Under the pieces are notes generated by a model, which was given only the letters and a program-made list of their open reading frames with translations, did not search any database and was not told the origin of the DNA. From positions 9,454 to 73,453 of the forward strand of contig CAYWUA010000003.1 in NCBI GenBank assembly GCA_964461385.1: a stretch of DNA of 64,000 nt. Direction: 5' to 3'. This document shows positions 63,190 through 64,000 of the stretch, in pieces (the stretch's first letter is position 1; each line of letters begins with the position of its first letter). The position numbers were made by a program, and so were the translations under genes. Source of the stretch: an uncultured Oscillospiraceae bacterium (lineage in GTDB: Bacteria > Bacillota > Clostridia > Oscillospirales > Oscillospiraceae).

Positions 63190-63393
63190 TTACTTGTAGG
63201 GGATCATCTCGCGGATGGTCGCCGCGTTGGTGACATCCGCATAGGCGCCCTTCCGGAGGCCTCTCTTGCGCTTGGTGGTCTTGCCGTGGCCGTTGAGCAG
63301 GTGGGACTTGAACGCGTGGGCGCGCTTGACCTTGCCGCTCTTGGTGAGCGAGAATCTCTTCTTGGCCCCGCTGTGGGTTTTCATCTTAGGCAT
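63190..63393 (-). CDS. rpmI: 50S ribosomal protein L35
   Basis: [24 protein letters not shown]. Confidence 0.95.
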   Translation of the reverse strand: MPKMKTHSGAKKRFSLTKSGKVKRAHAFKSHLLNGHGKTTKRKRGLRKGAYADVTNAATIREMIPYK

Positions 63394-63434
63394 GGGGTTT
63401 TTCTCCTTTCATCCGGCGGCGTGCCGCCGGTAGG

Positions 63435-63986
63435 TTAGTTTTTCTCCTGCTTGGCGTCCTTTTTTCCGCCGGAGGCCTCTTTGCCCGTCTTGGGAGAGAG
63501 GAACATAATCATGTGCCGGCCCTCCAAGTTGGGCTTTTTGTCGAGGCTGGACACGTCGCCGCACTCGGCCGCGAAACGCTTGAGCAGATCGGCTCCGATC
63601 TCCGTGTGGGCCATCTCACGGCCGCGGAAGCGGACGGCCACCTTGACGCGGTTGCCCTCGCTCAGGAACTTTTTGGCATTGCGGAGCTTGACGTTAAAAT
63701 CGCCAATGTCGATACTCGGAGACATGCGGATCTCCTTGATCTCCACCACATGCTGGTTCTTGCGCATCTCCTTTTCCCGCTTGGACTGTTCAAAACGGTA
63801 ACGGCCATAGTCCATCACCTTGCACACCGGCGGGGTCGCCTTGGGCGAAATCTTCACCAAGTCCATATCCTGCCGGACTGCGATCTCCAGCGCGGCGCGG
63901 GCGGACATGATACCGAGCTGTTCGCCGGTCGCGGAGATCAGTCGGACTTCCTTGTCACGAATTTCTTCGTTGATCTGATGCGTCAT
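63435..63986 (-). CDS. infC: Translation initiation factor IF-3
   Basis: INEEIRDKEVRLISATGEQLGIMS...KVMDYGRYRFEQSKREKE. ATG at 63986. An in-frame ATT lies 3 codons upstream, so the true start is uncertain. Confidence 0.9.
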   Translation of the reverse strand: MTHQINEEIRDKEVRLISATGEQLGIMSARAALEIAVRQDMDLVKISPKATPPVCKVMDYGRYRFEQSKREKEMRKNQHVVEIKEIRMSPSIDIGDFNVKLRNAKKFLSEGNRVKVAVRFRGREMAHTEIGADLLKRFAAECGDVSSLDKKPNLEGRHMIMFLSPKTGKEASGGKKDAKQEKN

Positions 63987-64000
63987 GCTGCTAATGCGGA

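Noticed and set aside
1-64000. A search by eye for CRISPR arrays, IS elements or transposases, integrases, phage or conjugation modules, toxin-antitoxin pairs and known defence genes
   Set aside because: I found none. There are no spaced direct repeats. The TraX-like gene and the small HTH gene have no mobile-element partners. Apart from the esterase remnant, no region departs clearly from the host composition.

Overview
This is a GC-rich window with strong GC3 bias and many long antisense 'shadow' ORFs. By gene content it reads as core chromosome of a spore-forming Clostridia-class Firmicute, perhaps Oscillospiraceae/Ruminococcaceae-like. All homology calls come from motif recall, not searches.

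I support about 60 protein genes, 2 tRNAs, one gene remnant, and several promoters, terminators and operators. I found no rRNA, CRISPR array, transposase, integrase or phage genes.

Layout:
- (a) 1-5808, minus strand: one operon behind a perfect consensus promoter. It encodes a group-4 [NiFe]-hydrogenase large subunit, hypA, hypB and an eight-gene Mrp/Mbh antiporter module that runs off the window start.
- (b) Housekeeping blocks with Bacillus-like synteny:
  - MFS transporter, coaD-rsmD-uvrC, an HPr paralog with Tyr at the catalytic His15 position, mutS2.
  - recO-yqzL-(traX)-era-dgkA-like-ybeY-phoH-yqfD-yqfC.
  - nrdDG with NrdR boxes, rny, spoIIP, MarR-MATE.
  - ftsH-hpt-tilS-dnaB-rplI-gdpP, nadE, tRNA-Thr/tRNA-Tyr, tmcAL, ackA, a nitroreductase, and a two-gene sufC/sufBD pair.
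- (c) 45.2-61.8 kb: two paralogous BMP-family ABC uptake operons with permuted gene order. They flank a small accessory patch holding a TetR regulator, a roughly 1188-aa fused MacB-type ABC protein with a huge acidic repeat-containing extracytoplasmic domain, and an arylsulfotransferase-family protein.
- (d) aroK, a lower-GC carboxylesterase C-terminal remnant, and infC-rpmI-rplT.

I do not see a clear-cut new defence or mobile system. The best candidates for follow-up are:
- the non-canonical hydrogenase/hyp/Mrp operon;
- the giant ABC protein with its palindromic operator;
- the His15Tyr HPr;
- a degenerate DgkA;
- an orphan promoter with hairpins and no ORF (candidate sRNA);
- a terminator-like leader upstream of the second BMP operon.

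Coordinates of small motifs were counted by hand and may be off by 1-2 nt.
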